Source: Lepidodermella squamata (Eukaryota; Animalia; Gastrotricha). From it: a DNA stretch of 64,000 nt. The notes under the pieces are model-generated. The model made no database searches and was not told the origin of the DNA. It saw only the letters and a program-made list of their open reading frames with translations. Positions within the stretch are counted from its first letter, which is position 1, and each line of letters begins with the position of its first letter. The stretch lies in NCBI GenBank assembly GCA_047495785.1, contig JBLDXI010000010.1, forward strand, positions 2,356,001 to 2,420,000, read 5' to 3'. Positions 49,301 through 60,022 of the stretch are shown in pieces. A program made the translations under genes and the position numbers.

Positions 49301-49377
49301 CGCTGAATTCATAGCCGCTGAATCTATACGCAGGCCTGTGCTCGCAAGGCGTATGTCGCTAATCAACCAAAAAGATC

Positions 49378-49449
49378 GGGCCCGTCCGGGATTTGAACCC
49401 GAGACCTCTCGCACCCAAAGCGAGAATCATACCCCTAGACCAACGGGCC
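49378..49449 (-). tRNA. tRNA-Pro(TGG)
   Basis: CTCGC TTTGGGT GCGAG. Confidence 0.93.
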
Positions 49450-49661
49450 TTGACGTTAGTTTTGTTGACAGGGTTCGCCATAATTCTTAATTTGAATTTC
49501 GTAGCGTCATTCATGCCTTGTGCGCTGGAGTTCAGGCCGTTCGGGTAGAAGCTAGCCATGCGCAGTGCCAAAGAACTTTGCAACGCCAGTGTGTACACAA
49601 CTCGGACTTGGGCGTGTGCCTTCAAAGTTGTAGCTCGCCCCTGGAAGTTCACATTGCACAC

Positions 49662-49734
49662 GCCGAGATAGCTCAGTTGGGAGAGCGTTAGACTGAAGAT
49701 CTAAAGGTCCCTGGTTCGATCCCGGGTCTCGGCG
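49662..49734 (+). tRNA. tRNA-Phe(GAA)
   Basis: TTAGA CTGAAGA TCTAA. Confidence 0.93.
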
Positions 49735-49820
49735 AGCTTGTTTTTTTCATAAAAGCGATATTTCAAAACTGCAAACAACCAGCCCTCAAGCGCAAGAAAT
49801 TCCATAAGAATTTTAGCTGA

Positions 49821-49892
49821 GGCCCGTTGGTCTAGGGGTATGATTCTCGCTTCGGGTGCGAGAGGTCTCGGGTTCAATTCCCGAACGGGCCC
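49821..49892 (+). tRNA. tRNA-Pro(CGG)
   Basis: CTCGC TTCGGGT GCGAG. Confidence 0.93.
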
Positions 49893-49983
49893 ATAATTTT
49901 TTGAATTCAAGACATCCAACATGCACAGCTTTTGTCAAAATATTCCTGTTACGTTGATGCCACAGCACATACGAATAAGAAGC

Positions 49984-50055
49984 TCCCTGATGGTCTAGTG
50001 GTTAGGATTCCGCGCTTTCACCGCGGCGGCCCGGGTTCGATTCCCGGTCAGGGAA
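49984..50055 (+). tRNA. tRNA-Glu(TTC)
   Basis: CCGCG CTTTCAC CGCGG. Confidence 0.93.
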
Positions 50056-50130
50056 CATTTTTGAGCTTTGCAATGTCAATTGCAGGTTTTGGTACGCAAA
50101 AAGAGAGCTTGCCGCCGAAAAAGTCAAGCA

Positions 50131-50202
50131 AGGCTCAGGGGGGGATCGAACCCTCGATCTTCTGCTTACTAGGCAGACGCTCTACCACTAAGCTACTGAG
50201 CC
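50131..50202 (-). tRNA. tRNA-Thr(AGT)
   Basis: Same as 21807 copy. Confidence 0.88.
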
Positions 50203-50280
50203 GAGGCTGGGTACTTCTGCAGCAGTGGCATTATTCGCGTAGAGAAGTCTAGTCAGTTTGTGAAATTTTGCGAGAAAAAT

Positions 50281-50353
50281 TGGAGGATACGGGCGTCGAT
50301 CCCGTTACCTCTCGCATGCTAAGCGAGCGCTCTACCATTTGAGCTAATCCCCC
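50281..50353 (-). tRNA. tRNA-Ala(AGC)
   Basis: Cloverleaf, anticodon AGC. Confidence 0.93.
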
Positions 50354-50422
50354 GTGGTAGTAACCAGACGATTTATTGCTATGATTTCGTATAGCAGCGG
50401 GTAATTGCCTTGAAAAAGCTTG

Positions 50423-50495
50423 CGCCCTCCGGGGGACTCGAACCCCCGACCCTGTGATTAAAAGTCACATGCTCTACCGACTGAGCTAGGAAGGC
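50423..50495 (-). tRNA. tRNA-Lys(TTT)
   Basis: Cloverleaf, anticodon TTT. Confidence 0.93.
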
Positions 50496-50591
50496 CCATG
50501 TTGATGGCGGCCGTTTATAGAGCTGGAGAAGATTTCGATGCTGCTGATTTCCAAGCGGCAATAAGCCGCCCTCAACGGGTGCAAAATTTGT

Positions 50592-50664
50592 CGACGCTGA
50601 TGGGACTCGAACCCACAATCTTCGGATCCGAAGTCCGACGCGATAGTCATTTCGCCACAGCGCC
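50592..50664 (-). tRNA. tRNA-Arg(TCG), D-loop GG mutated to GA (possibly defective)
   Basis: AAATGACTATC vs AAATGGCTATC in the other copies. Confidence 0.75.
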
Positions 50665-50747
50665 CGTTCAGAAGTTTAGCAGCTGAGAATCAACTATGTA
50701 GTGATTTGTTGGAGTGTTTGTGAGCCCAACACGACTGCAAAATAACT

Positions 50748-50831
50748 CGTCGCCAGTAGGATTTTTGAACCTACGCGCGGAGACCGCATCTGATTTCTAG
50801 TCAGACCCCTTAACCACTCGGGCATAGCGAC
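50748..50831 (-). pseudogene. tRNA-Ser(AGA) with 2-nt T-loop insertion
   Basis: GGTTCAAAAATCC vs GGTTCAAATCC at 22431; could be a homopolymer sequencing error. Confidence 0.65.
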
Positions 50832-50983
50832 TTCCTGCCGGCTTCTTTCCGCATTCCGTCAATCCAGCTTCACTCGAGACTCGCCGCAGCCGCGTTCGAG
50901 ATCGAGATCGAATTCAGCCAGTAGTAGCTTTCGATTCACATGCCGGGCACGCTTAAGCACGTTGCACTCATCCCACTCCGTCA

Positions 50984-51091
50984 GTCAGGATGGCCGAGCG
51001 GTCCAAGGCGCTGCGTTCAGGTCGCAGTCAGTTTCTACTGGCGTGGGTTCGAATCCTTATGTCGAATGTCGAATGTCGAATCCTTCTGACA
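50984..51091 (+). pseudogene. tRNA-Leu(CAG) disrupted in the T-arm by a templated repeat
   Basis: GGTTCGAATCC TTATG TCGAATG TCGAATG TCGAATCC TTCTGACA. Confidence 0.9.
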
Positions 51092-51167
51092 TTAACGTTT
51101 TTAAAGTCTAAGAGGTGGCATGCATAGAGGTGACAATACGCCGCGAATTAATAGCACTGTCACGAGC

Positions 51168-51240
51168 GGTTCGGTGGTGTAGTGGTTATCACATCTGCCT
51201 AACACGCAGAAGGTCGCCGGTTCAATCCCGGCCCGAATCA
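51168..51240 (+). tRNA. tRNA-Val(AAC)
   Basis: Same as 22825 copy. Confidence 0.93.
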
Positions 51241-51344
51241 GCTGTAAGCTTTTTGGCTTGGCTTTTTACAAAAACCCGGCGTCGCTGTCAATAAATATAC
51301 AAAAAATTGAACCGCCTGCCACTGTCTCGAGTTCTGTGTGACTC

Positions 51345-51416
51345 TGCCGCGGCCTGGAGTCGAACCAGGGTCACCTCGGCCACAACGAGGAATACTAACC
51401 ACTATACTACCGTGGC
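51345..51416 (-). tRNA. tRNA-His(GTG), acceptor A:C mismatch
   Basis: GCCACGG/CCGCGGC vs CCGTGGC at 23002. Confidence 0.82.
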
Positions 51417-51522
51417 TGATTTCGCGGTTAGGCGATATTTCGATCAGCGGGCTCTTGTAACTTACACCAATAGTTGAATCAAAGCCAGCTCAATGATCGC
51501 CACGCAGCCTGTAATTGATATG

Positions 51523-51604
51523 GACGCGGTGGCCGAGTGGTTAAGGCGATGGACTGCTAATCCATTGGGCTCTGCCCGCGAGGGTTCGAATCCCTTCTGC
51601 GTCG
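51523..51604 (+). tRNA. tRNA-Ser(GCT)
   Basis: Same as 23180 copy. Confidence 0.93.
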
Positions 51605-51665
51605 ATAATACTTTTGCAGGGAAATTTTAATACAGGCATTTTGATCTGCTACAGCAAAATGAATG

Positions 51666-51737
51666 CTCCTTGGCAGGGAATCGAACCCTGGTCTCCCGCG
51701 TGACAGGCGGGGATACTAACCACTATACTACCAAGGA
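51666..51737 (-). tRNA. tRNA-Asp(GTC)
   Basis: Cloverleaf, anticodon GTC. Confidence 0.93.
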
Positions 51738-51835
51738 CTTGCATGCGTGTCATAGTCATGGTCAGACGATGTTTACGGTCATTGTAGTAGTTTGAATAGC
51801 TAGCTTACTTCTTGCTACAGCAACCAAAAACTGAG

Positions 51836-51917
51836 CGTCGCCAGTAGGATTCGAACCTACGCGCGGAAACCGCATCTGATTTCGAGTCAGACCCCTTAAC
51901 CACTCGGGCATAGCGAC
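51836..51917 (-). tRNA. tRNA-Ser(CGA)
   Basis: TCTGA CTCGAAA TCAGA. Confidence 0.93.
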
Positions 51918-52001
51918 TGTTGCATCACAGCGTGGACGAGAGCCCTCAGCAAAACATTTGTAATAATAATTACACAATTTTTCACTCAAAAAGCTGACAA
52001 C

Positions 52002-52087
52002 TCCCGCGAGGCGGACTTGAACCACCGACCTAAGGATAACTGCGTTGCATCTACAGTCCTCCGCTCTACCAGCTGAGCTATCGCGGG
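52002..52087 (-). tRNA. tRNA-Tyr(GTA) with 13-nt intron
   Basis: GAGGA CTGTAG [ATGCAACGCAGTT] A TCCTT; 86 nt total. Confidence 0.92.
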
Positions 52088-52622
52088 TTTGGTGGCGATG
52101 TTATTGCACAATAGCTTTTCATCCTATTGAGAGATCTATTCACGGCGAGAACGCCAAAAAATGAGTGGCCACTGGGAGGATCTGTTCAGATTTTCTGTCA
52201 GTTCTGTATAAAATAATCTGGACGCCGTGTAAATCGGACCGTTTTGCCTGGCGCGAGCCGTGTCCGATTTAGACAACTTTCACTGTTTATAGGGTGGACT
52301 AATGTTAATCTGATTATACCAGGGATCATGCTCATGACATCATGACATGGGCGACATCATTTGGGACTTGATTTCGAATCCGAAGACATACAACTCGCGT
52401 TGAATTCCTATTTTACGGCCATATTACCAGGTCAAATTGTTTACAGACTGTGATTAAGAACTGTGATTAGACAATGCAAAGACTTGAAACTCAACAAGAC
52501 GTTTTATTCGTTTTTTAACTAGCCATAAAATACAAATTTCTGTTGGAATTGCTGAATACATTTGGACTCGGTTGCCGGTAGGTAGGTGAGCACTCGTCTG
52601 ATTATCGAACCGTTGTCGAGGA

Positions 52623-55600
52623 CTAGAACACTTCAGCCTTGCGTTGAATTCGCGCCAGCCGCTGGTTGCGCCGCCGGTAGTCGTAGAAAATGCGCTTCTT
52701 GGTGCCCTCGAAATCAGCGAAAAACGGACGGTATTTGGGCGGCAAGCGGAAGTACACACCCTGCAATGAATGCACCATTAAAATCTCAAATAAACAGCTT
52801 TCTTCGTAAATGGGGCGAGCCAAATTTTACACAGATTCTCGGCAATTTCAAGGAAAAATCAAAGTTGGTGTGGCGGACTTACGTGCATGGCGTACTTGTC
52901 GACGTTGAGTTCCTCCTCCTCGCCGACCTCGTGCTTGGCGCGCACGATGCCGTGGCTGGGCGCGGCGAGCAGGGCCGGGAATCGGCTGCACTCGTCGCGC
53001 TGCTCCACCACCAACAGGCCCGTGTCGTCGGCGAGCTGCTGCGGCGACTGCTGGCGCAACAGCCCGGTTATGAACGCCTCGGCAACCGCGGCGTAGTTCT
53101 TCGGCCGGCCGAGAACCTGAAACACAGTGAAATCCGCATAAGTACCCAACGAATCGGTGGCTGAAATTTGAACTTTGGCTATAATATACGCTGCGAGATT
53201 TCCCGCTGATTTTCATCCTGATTTTGTTTGCCAATTTTCAAAAAATGCGAATTGAAAAACTGCACATCCTACTCAGTTTCGAATCGGTTTTTCCAGGGCG
53301 TTAAATCACTGACGTGAAAGATATGATGACTCAATTTCGAAGAAAGTAATGTGACGGAAAGATTGATGCTTAATACTGTGAAAAGAACACCCAAAATTCC
53401 TCATTGTTCTTAAGATTCTCCAATTTTAAAATGAATGATTCATCTCTAATGGAGGTTGAAGGCCCGGAGCTGCGGCTTACTCGCAGCGAATGGCTGCAGT
53501 GGCAAGTTCAAGAGTTAAAAAGAGGCCAGGAGCCTAAGAGCGAAAAAACAGAAGGCTGGTAAATTCGTTGGCAAAGCAAAACATCGCATCGGCTATCGTC
53601 GACAATGCCGTTATTGCAATGCCACTCCCTCAATTTCCCTCAATTTATGAAGAAATCTGAGGCCTTTTCTTCGAAGACTACGAAAGCAAGTCCAATAAGC
53701 TAAGAACGAACGTGTTAAAAAGTGAAAGCAGCAAATGCTCAATTACCAACATCTACTACTCCAATTTTGAATGCAAACATGTAACGAACGACGTACTCCC
53801 ATGTTTTAACAATAAACCTGGAAGTTGAATAAATACAATCATTCTGTGCGAATTTAATGGCCCTGTACATGTGTGGAAAATTACGCGTCCAAATATTTGC
53901 ACCACAATAATTGACGTTCAAGCGCCAAGTTTAAGCGTCCTGGCACTATATTTTTCACATTATTTGCGATTTCGGCGTTTTCGCTTTTTTTGATAGATAC
54001 TGATGCCCTCCCTGATTCTAGGATTTTCCATTTAGCTACCTGGTGCTCTAAACTACTAAGAAAAATTATCCATGATGGGTTCCACGACGTCTGATATCGG
54101 AAAAATCAGTGATTTGTAAAACCGATACTTGGATCGATATCGGCACTGCAGGCTGAAATATAACTCTCAAATTGACCACTCATAGCGTTAAATACGCTTA
54201 ATATGAGATCTATCGTTTAGATATGATAACAAAAAATTGAGATTCCAGAGAAGACATGAAACTCGAAATAAGGACAATTCAAGGAAAATATAGTGCTGGA
54301 GTCTCAAATTTAGGGTGCGCACTTGAGACACCCGAAAATTACACATCTATCGCATGACGCTGAAATCATAATACATTTATTCATCCACCCCAAGCCATGA
54401 ACGAAACTCGAGTGAAGGAAAAAATATATATACCGTATTTCTCGAAAATATACGACACACCTGTATATATCCCCGCTCCCTAATACAACCCGACGAAAAA
54501 ATCGTTTGTTCATATTTAACCCAGGCCTCGAAATTGTACCACAGCTATTTTAATTTGGGCGAAGCATGCGTTGGAACAAAAGAAAAGCCTTATTAATGAC
54601 GCATTATCGTAATCAGTGATTAGCTATCGCTTCAAGGATGGAAAGCCGTGCGCTGCTGGCCGAGAGCTACTGGCTTCGAAGATGGCATCAAACGACACGT
54701 TCGATCAAGTCATCAGCCTGGATGATTTCAACGATGACGAAAGTGAACCTGACTTTTTTTTTATTGATAATTGATTTTGTTGGTTGATCAAAAAATTGTT
54801 AACTTTTTCACTTTTTCACTGAATCGACAAATAAAACAATCTAAAAACGTCGTCTTAATACGAATTGCTCGCGGCTTTTTGTGATGATTCGCAATTAAAC
54901 AGCACACCCGTATATATCCCCACTCCCTAATACAACCCGAATCAAAAATCATTTGTTCATAAATATAGCCCGCGGTAAATTTTCGAGAAATACGGTAAAT
55001 TTCACTAATTTAGTCGGAAATCCATCGCCATGTGCTTAAAACAACTTTAATCAGGCAATAAGTTTACCTGGATTTGAATATTTGTTCATCGATATTTCTT
55101 ATCGTGAAATCAACATAGTATTCTCGACTTGAATTGAATAATAATGATAGGTATAGGTACTTACCTTGACCCACAGGTCCTTGATGCCGGCGAGGTCGCA
55201 CAGCGCCTTGATGACGCGGTGCGCGACGACGCCGTGGCCGACGGGCTGGCGGCGCGCGTACACGTACGTGCGGTGCGCCTGCTGCCAGAAGTCGTGCTGA
55301 ATGGTGGCGGCGTCGCGGCTGCGCTCGACGAAGACGAGGCGCTGGCCGGCGCGGTTCTTGGCGAGGCGGATCGCGCTGCGCTGGTCCACCGCCTCGCCCG
55401 TCGCGTAGCCGATGCAGCCGTTGCCGTTGCCCGTCGCCACCGTCGCCTCGAAGCTCTTCATGCGGCCGTACACGCCCGACACGCGCGTCAGCATGCGGAA
55501 CCGAATCACCACCGACTGGAAGCCCTCGAATTTGTCTATGCACAAATTGAACATGATTAAATACGCAATTCCAAAATATGTAAATTCCTCGACTTTTTCG

Positions 55601-58245
55601 CGCATCAAACGCATATAGCATATACCTATATACCAGGCGCAGACATTTTTCTTTTGATTTTTTTCACTGTGATGGACCAATGCTGTGTCTGTTCATTTCC
55701 GATTCTTTGTTTTCGTTTTGTTGACGGGTAGTGATTTGACTCTTGTCATCTTCTGAATTAACGAATCCGAAAAATAACAGTTCACAGTTCACAGTAGCGA
55801 AAAAATTCAACTAATTCCAGGAAAACAGTTTGCCAACTTTCATCCATCAAGTCATGAAACTTCAACCATTAACAAATTTTCACATGCAAATGAAGAAAAC
55901 GAAAACTGTAAATGGCTCAATTGAAGGTAGTGCTCAATTTAACTCGATATTTATGTTATTGTTGATCAAGTAATGAAGGAAAAGATAAAATGAAGAAAAT
56001 GCTATGCTAATCCCAGGTAAATAGACGGTAAAGTGGGTATTTTTAGGTACAAATTTATCACGCTTCGGAATAGCCTTCATAGCTTTGGATTGCTTCGCGC
56101 ATATGACTGGCAAGAAACTGGGTCAAAGGGTTTTCCTGATTGATCGGCCGAACAAAATCGATAAATTTAGGAGCTGAATCCCAAATTATTAGGCAGCATA
56201 CCCTGAGGAGGAACGGCCAGCTATTTTCATCATTTATATCACCCGTTTTCGATGAAACATTTCGACCCAAATCTCTCGCTAAAGCTCGCTTCCTCCGCGG
56301 TGGTTGATTTTTATTCAGAAGTTGAATGAAAACCTCTGGTCAAGTGACGATAACGGACATTTAAGTCTTGAAACTGGCCCATGCCCCTTGTTAATCATGA
56401 ACGTTGCAGATTCTAATAACATAGCAACTACCTAACTTGGCCTAATTTTCGAACTAACTAAACTATGCTATACTGTCTAGCCAATTTATATTATCTGTGG
56501 TCTGCTGTCGTGTTGGTATGAAGGCGCCTCTGATTTTATAATAATAACGCTCGATAACTAACAACGCGAATGAATCGCTGAATAATCGGCTAAAGGCTGA
56601 AGGAACTGATAGGACTGTCCCGCCCTCACTGCATTTCTCTCGAAAACCGACGATGTCATCAATCTGAAACCTTTGGTTGCTGAGACTAGACGTGGTCCTA
56701 GTACGGCTGATGTTCCAGCCCAAGCTGAACATGTGGTTTCTGAACCAAGGTGTGGTCGTAGTCGGTTAAGAGCTATCACATCGATATCTGTTGACGAAAC
56801 TGTCTGTACGCGAGGTCGAGGTCGTGGCAAACTCACCGGCTCTGTTTCTGTCGACGTAGGAAAAAGTCGAGGGCTAGCAACTCGAAATACGCGCCGGGGT
56901 TGAAATTTTAAAACAGCTTTCTAATTATTCGTCGGAAATCAGTAACTTAAAGTGTCGGAATATACTGTTATTGAAGTGAAGCTTTTCCGTTGAAATAATG
57001 CATTTCTAATAGAGAAATATTTATTCCGATGGTTCCGATGGTTTCAGATAAAAATGGTACGATGAAAGTAATTATTGTTCCGATGATTTCAAGTTACTTC
57101 AAGCAGGAGCTGCAGGTTGATTGATGCAATGACAAGGCAGAGCCTTCCAAATCGGTAGGTATATACAGTATGTACATTCCCAAGAAACTCCCCGGTACGA
57201 ATTTTTGGAATCTTATTGCGGTATGGAAGGGTTGATTAGGCTTGCTTACGTCAGTGGGTCAACGCGCCGCGAGTGCCGAGAGGCAGAGGTCGTAGGTCGT
57301 ACAATAAAATATTTTTTCATGCCAGAGGGCTTGTGTAGGTAAGAAGGTTCACTTTCACACAGATTATACGGGAACGCGAAAAACTAAGACAATTTTTGTG
57401 ATACTTAACACCTACTCAATCTAGCTTAAACATGCATCTACCACACGCCTTTTTCTAATGATATAATGAATTAATTCCAATTTCAATTCTGCATTGAATA
57501 TGAGGTAGCCATAGAGCATTCGCGAACTATAACATGCTAAACTCGAACTGAAATTGCAAGTTTAAATTTCGCCAATTTTCTCAATATTTTTGGTGAATCG
57601 GCTTTATGTTTCAAATTTTAGCAGCCAAGATAACAGGCTTCGAGGTTTCAAGTCCTATAACAGTCGACCGCAAGCGAAATACGGCTCTGAAATATTTGTT
57701 GCGATTGCGGGTTAAATAAAGTGCAACCCCAATTTGCAATAGGTATAGCTATGACACGTTTGAGCACATCATACTTGGGTATATTTGCAAACGATCTATA
57801 ACTTACAATCGCCGATCGGATCAGGCGGGCCGATTTTCATGCCTGGCCACCGCGACCCGGTCCAGCCTCGCTCGAGCGGCGCCAATTTCATGCGCCGCCG
57901 CACGCCCAGCTTGTTGCGCAGGCGGTAAATCGCATCCATGCGGTGCGGGTCGGGCGTGAACGGCGCCTGGGCGACGAGGCGCGGGCCCTGCGACACGGGC
58001 GAGTTCAGCCCGGGCCAGATCATGCCGCGCGCGCCCATGCCGATCACCTGGCCGCGGTTCAAGTCAGTCTTCTTCTTCGTGCCGCCTCGTTTGCCGCCGG
58101 TCCGCTTGCCGCCAGCCGCGCTCTTCGACGTCACCGACCGCCACAGCTCATCGGCGGTCACCGAATTCGCAAATGACACATTGCGCACCGGATTCACCGT
58201 CAATTTACTCAACGCCCCCGTTAAACTCGACAGTAATTTCAGCAT
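52623..58245 (-). CDS. MRPS5: Mitochondrial ribosomal protein uS5m; exons 58245-57807, 55535-55165, 53116-52883, 52760-52623
   Basis: TADELW, DLNRGQVIG, ERGWTG, GPPDP, VATGNGNGCIGYA, GIKDLWVKV, QQLADDTGLLVVE; in-frame GT-AG junctions. Confidence 0.93.
54433..54995. mobile_element. pogo/Tigger-like MITE in MRPS5 intron 2
   Basis: TA|CCGTATTTCTCGAAAAT...ATTTTCGAGAAATACGG|TA; subterminal direct repeats at ~54456 and ~54904. Confidence 0.88.
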
Positions 58246-58679
58246 TATCTAAGACACAAAAATACCCGAGTAAAATTCCGATTTTATTCAAATTTTCTGT
58301 ATTATCACCATTAGTTTGGTTCTTTTCTCGTTTTTTCGCAGAAGCAAAACACAGAGAACAGATTCGCGCTTAGAGCGCACGGAATTTTCTACGTAGAATT
58401 TCAGTACAAGACAAACCTTGGAGTTAGACTAGCTCGAAGCCATTGAAACCTGGTTCACGATGAATTATTTTGTTTTCAATTTTGTTTTCAATCGTTCTTT
58501 TTTGCCCCAATCCCAAGTATGAAGCCTTGAGCTAGTCCAACTCGCCGCAAACATGCTGTTTTACAGAACTTGTTTCACTTTTTGTTGCAATTGTTGCGCG
58601 TATTTTTATCAAGTTTAACACAATAATGAAAGTCATTAATAGCAGGAATAAATCAGTGTAGTACGTGACGATCGGTGAC

Positions 58680-60022
58680 TTAGGCGTAGTAAGTGAGATG
58701 CGCCTTCTTCTTCGCCTGCACTTCGATAATGCCCTCCATGTAGTCCTCGTGGATAACGATGGCCGCGCCGCGTCGCAGGGCAATCATGCCCGCCTCAACG
58801 CACACCGCCTTCAGTTGCGCCCCGTTGAAGTCGTCCGTGCAGCGAGCCAATTCGTCGAAGTTCACATCGGCATGCACGTTCATCTTGCGCGAGTGAATTT
58901 GCATGATGCGACCGCGAGCCTCCTCGGTCGGCATCGGGAATTCGATCTTGCGATCGAAACGGCCAGATCGCAGCAGGGCAGGGTCGAGAATGTCGACACG
59001 GTTCGTCGCGCCGATGACTTTGATGTCCTGGTTCGGGTGGAAACCGTCCATTTGGTTGAGCAGTTCTAACATGGTACGCTGCACCTCGCGATCGCCCGCC
59101 TTCTCCGAATCGAAACGCTTCGTGCCAATAGCGTCGAGTTCGTCGATGAAAATAATGGCGGGGCACTTTTCCTTGGCGAGGGAGAACGCGTCTCGCACGA
59201 GTTTCGCGCCATCACCGATGAACATTTGCACGAGTTGAGGACCGGCAAGTTTCAGGAAAGTTGCCTTCGTTTGAGCAGCGCACGCCCTGGCAAGCAGCGT
59301 CTTGCCTGTACCAGGCGGTCCGTAGAGCAAAACACCCTTAGGCGGTTGAATTCCCAAAGCCTGGAACCGATCTTTATGCGTCATGGGTAGAACTACAGCC
59401 TCGATAAGTTCCTGAATTTGCTTGTCGAGGCCACCGATATCTGAATATTGCTCAGTCGGCCGTTCGTCGACCTCCATCGCCTTTACTCGAGCATCGTATT
59501 CCGCGGGCAGTTTCTCCAAAACGAGATAAGAGTCTTTGTTGACACCGATCAAATCACCGGGTTTCAGATTTTCAGGGTCTACAAGGCCGATGACTGGTAG
59601 GTAGTAGGTTTGGCGGGTTGAAGTCTTAATAACAGCGGACTTTCCCTTGCGTTGCGCGTCGAGATCAGCGCCGAGGCCATCCTCCATTCCCTGGGGATCT
59701 GTGTCTAGAATTTCGATGACGTTGGCCACAAGATACGGTAGATGCATGTTGACTTTGATTTTTTCAGCATTCTCGCGAATGTGCTCTTTTTCAGTCTGCA
59801 GTTCGTGGGTTACCTTGATGATTTCTGATTTCATGATCTAGAGGATGAACAGGATGTTCAAATGTTGGTACTTACGAAGCAATAGAAACTAACCCTAATC
59901 TCATTGTCAAGCAGCCTGGTGCGAGCCACAATTTCGTCCGTGCTCATGCGCAACACTTCGTCAGGAAGATCATTGCTGTCGTCAGTATCCATTTTAGCTT
60001 TCGCTGCTTGGGTTGAGGCCAT
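58680..60022 (-). CDS. PSMC3: 26S proteasome AAA-ATPase Rpt5; exons 60022-59894, 59837-58680
   Basis: [36 protein letters not shown]-terminal YYA HbYX. Confidence 0.97.

Noticed and set aside
48062-52087. CRISPR-like or prokaryotic/phage tRNA array
   Set aside because: The repeats are eukaryotic tRNAs with A34 anticodons, no encoded CCA, oligo-T terminators and an intron-containing Tyr; no cas genes
53430-53560. hAT transposase C-terminal relic (MEVEGPEL) and TE-like text at 56000-56900
   Set aside because: Too degenerate to support without a search
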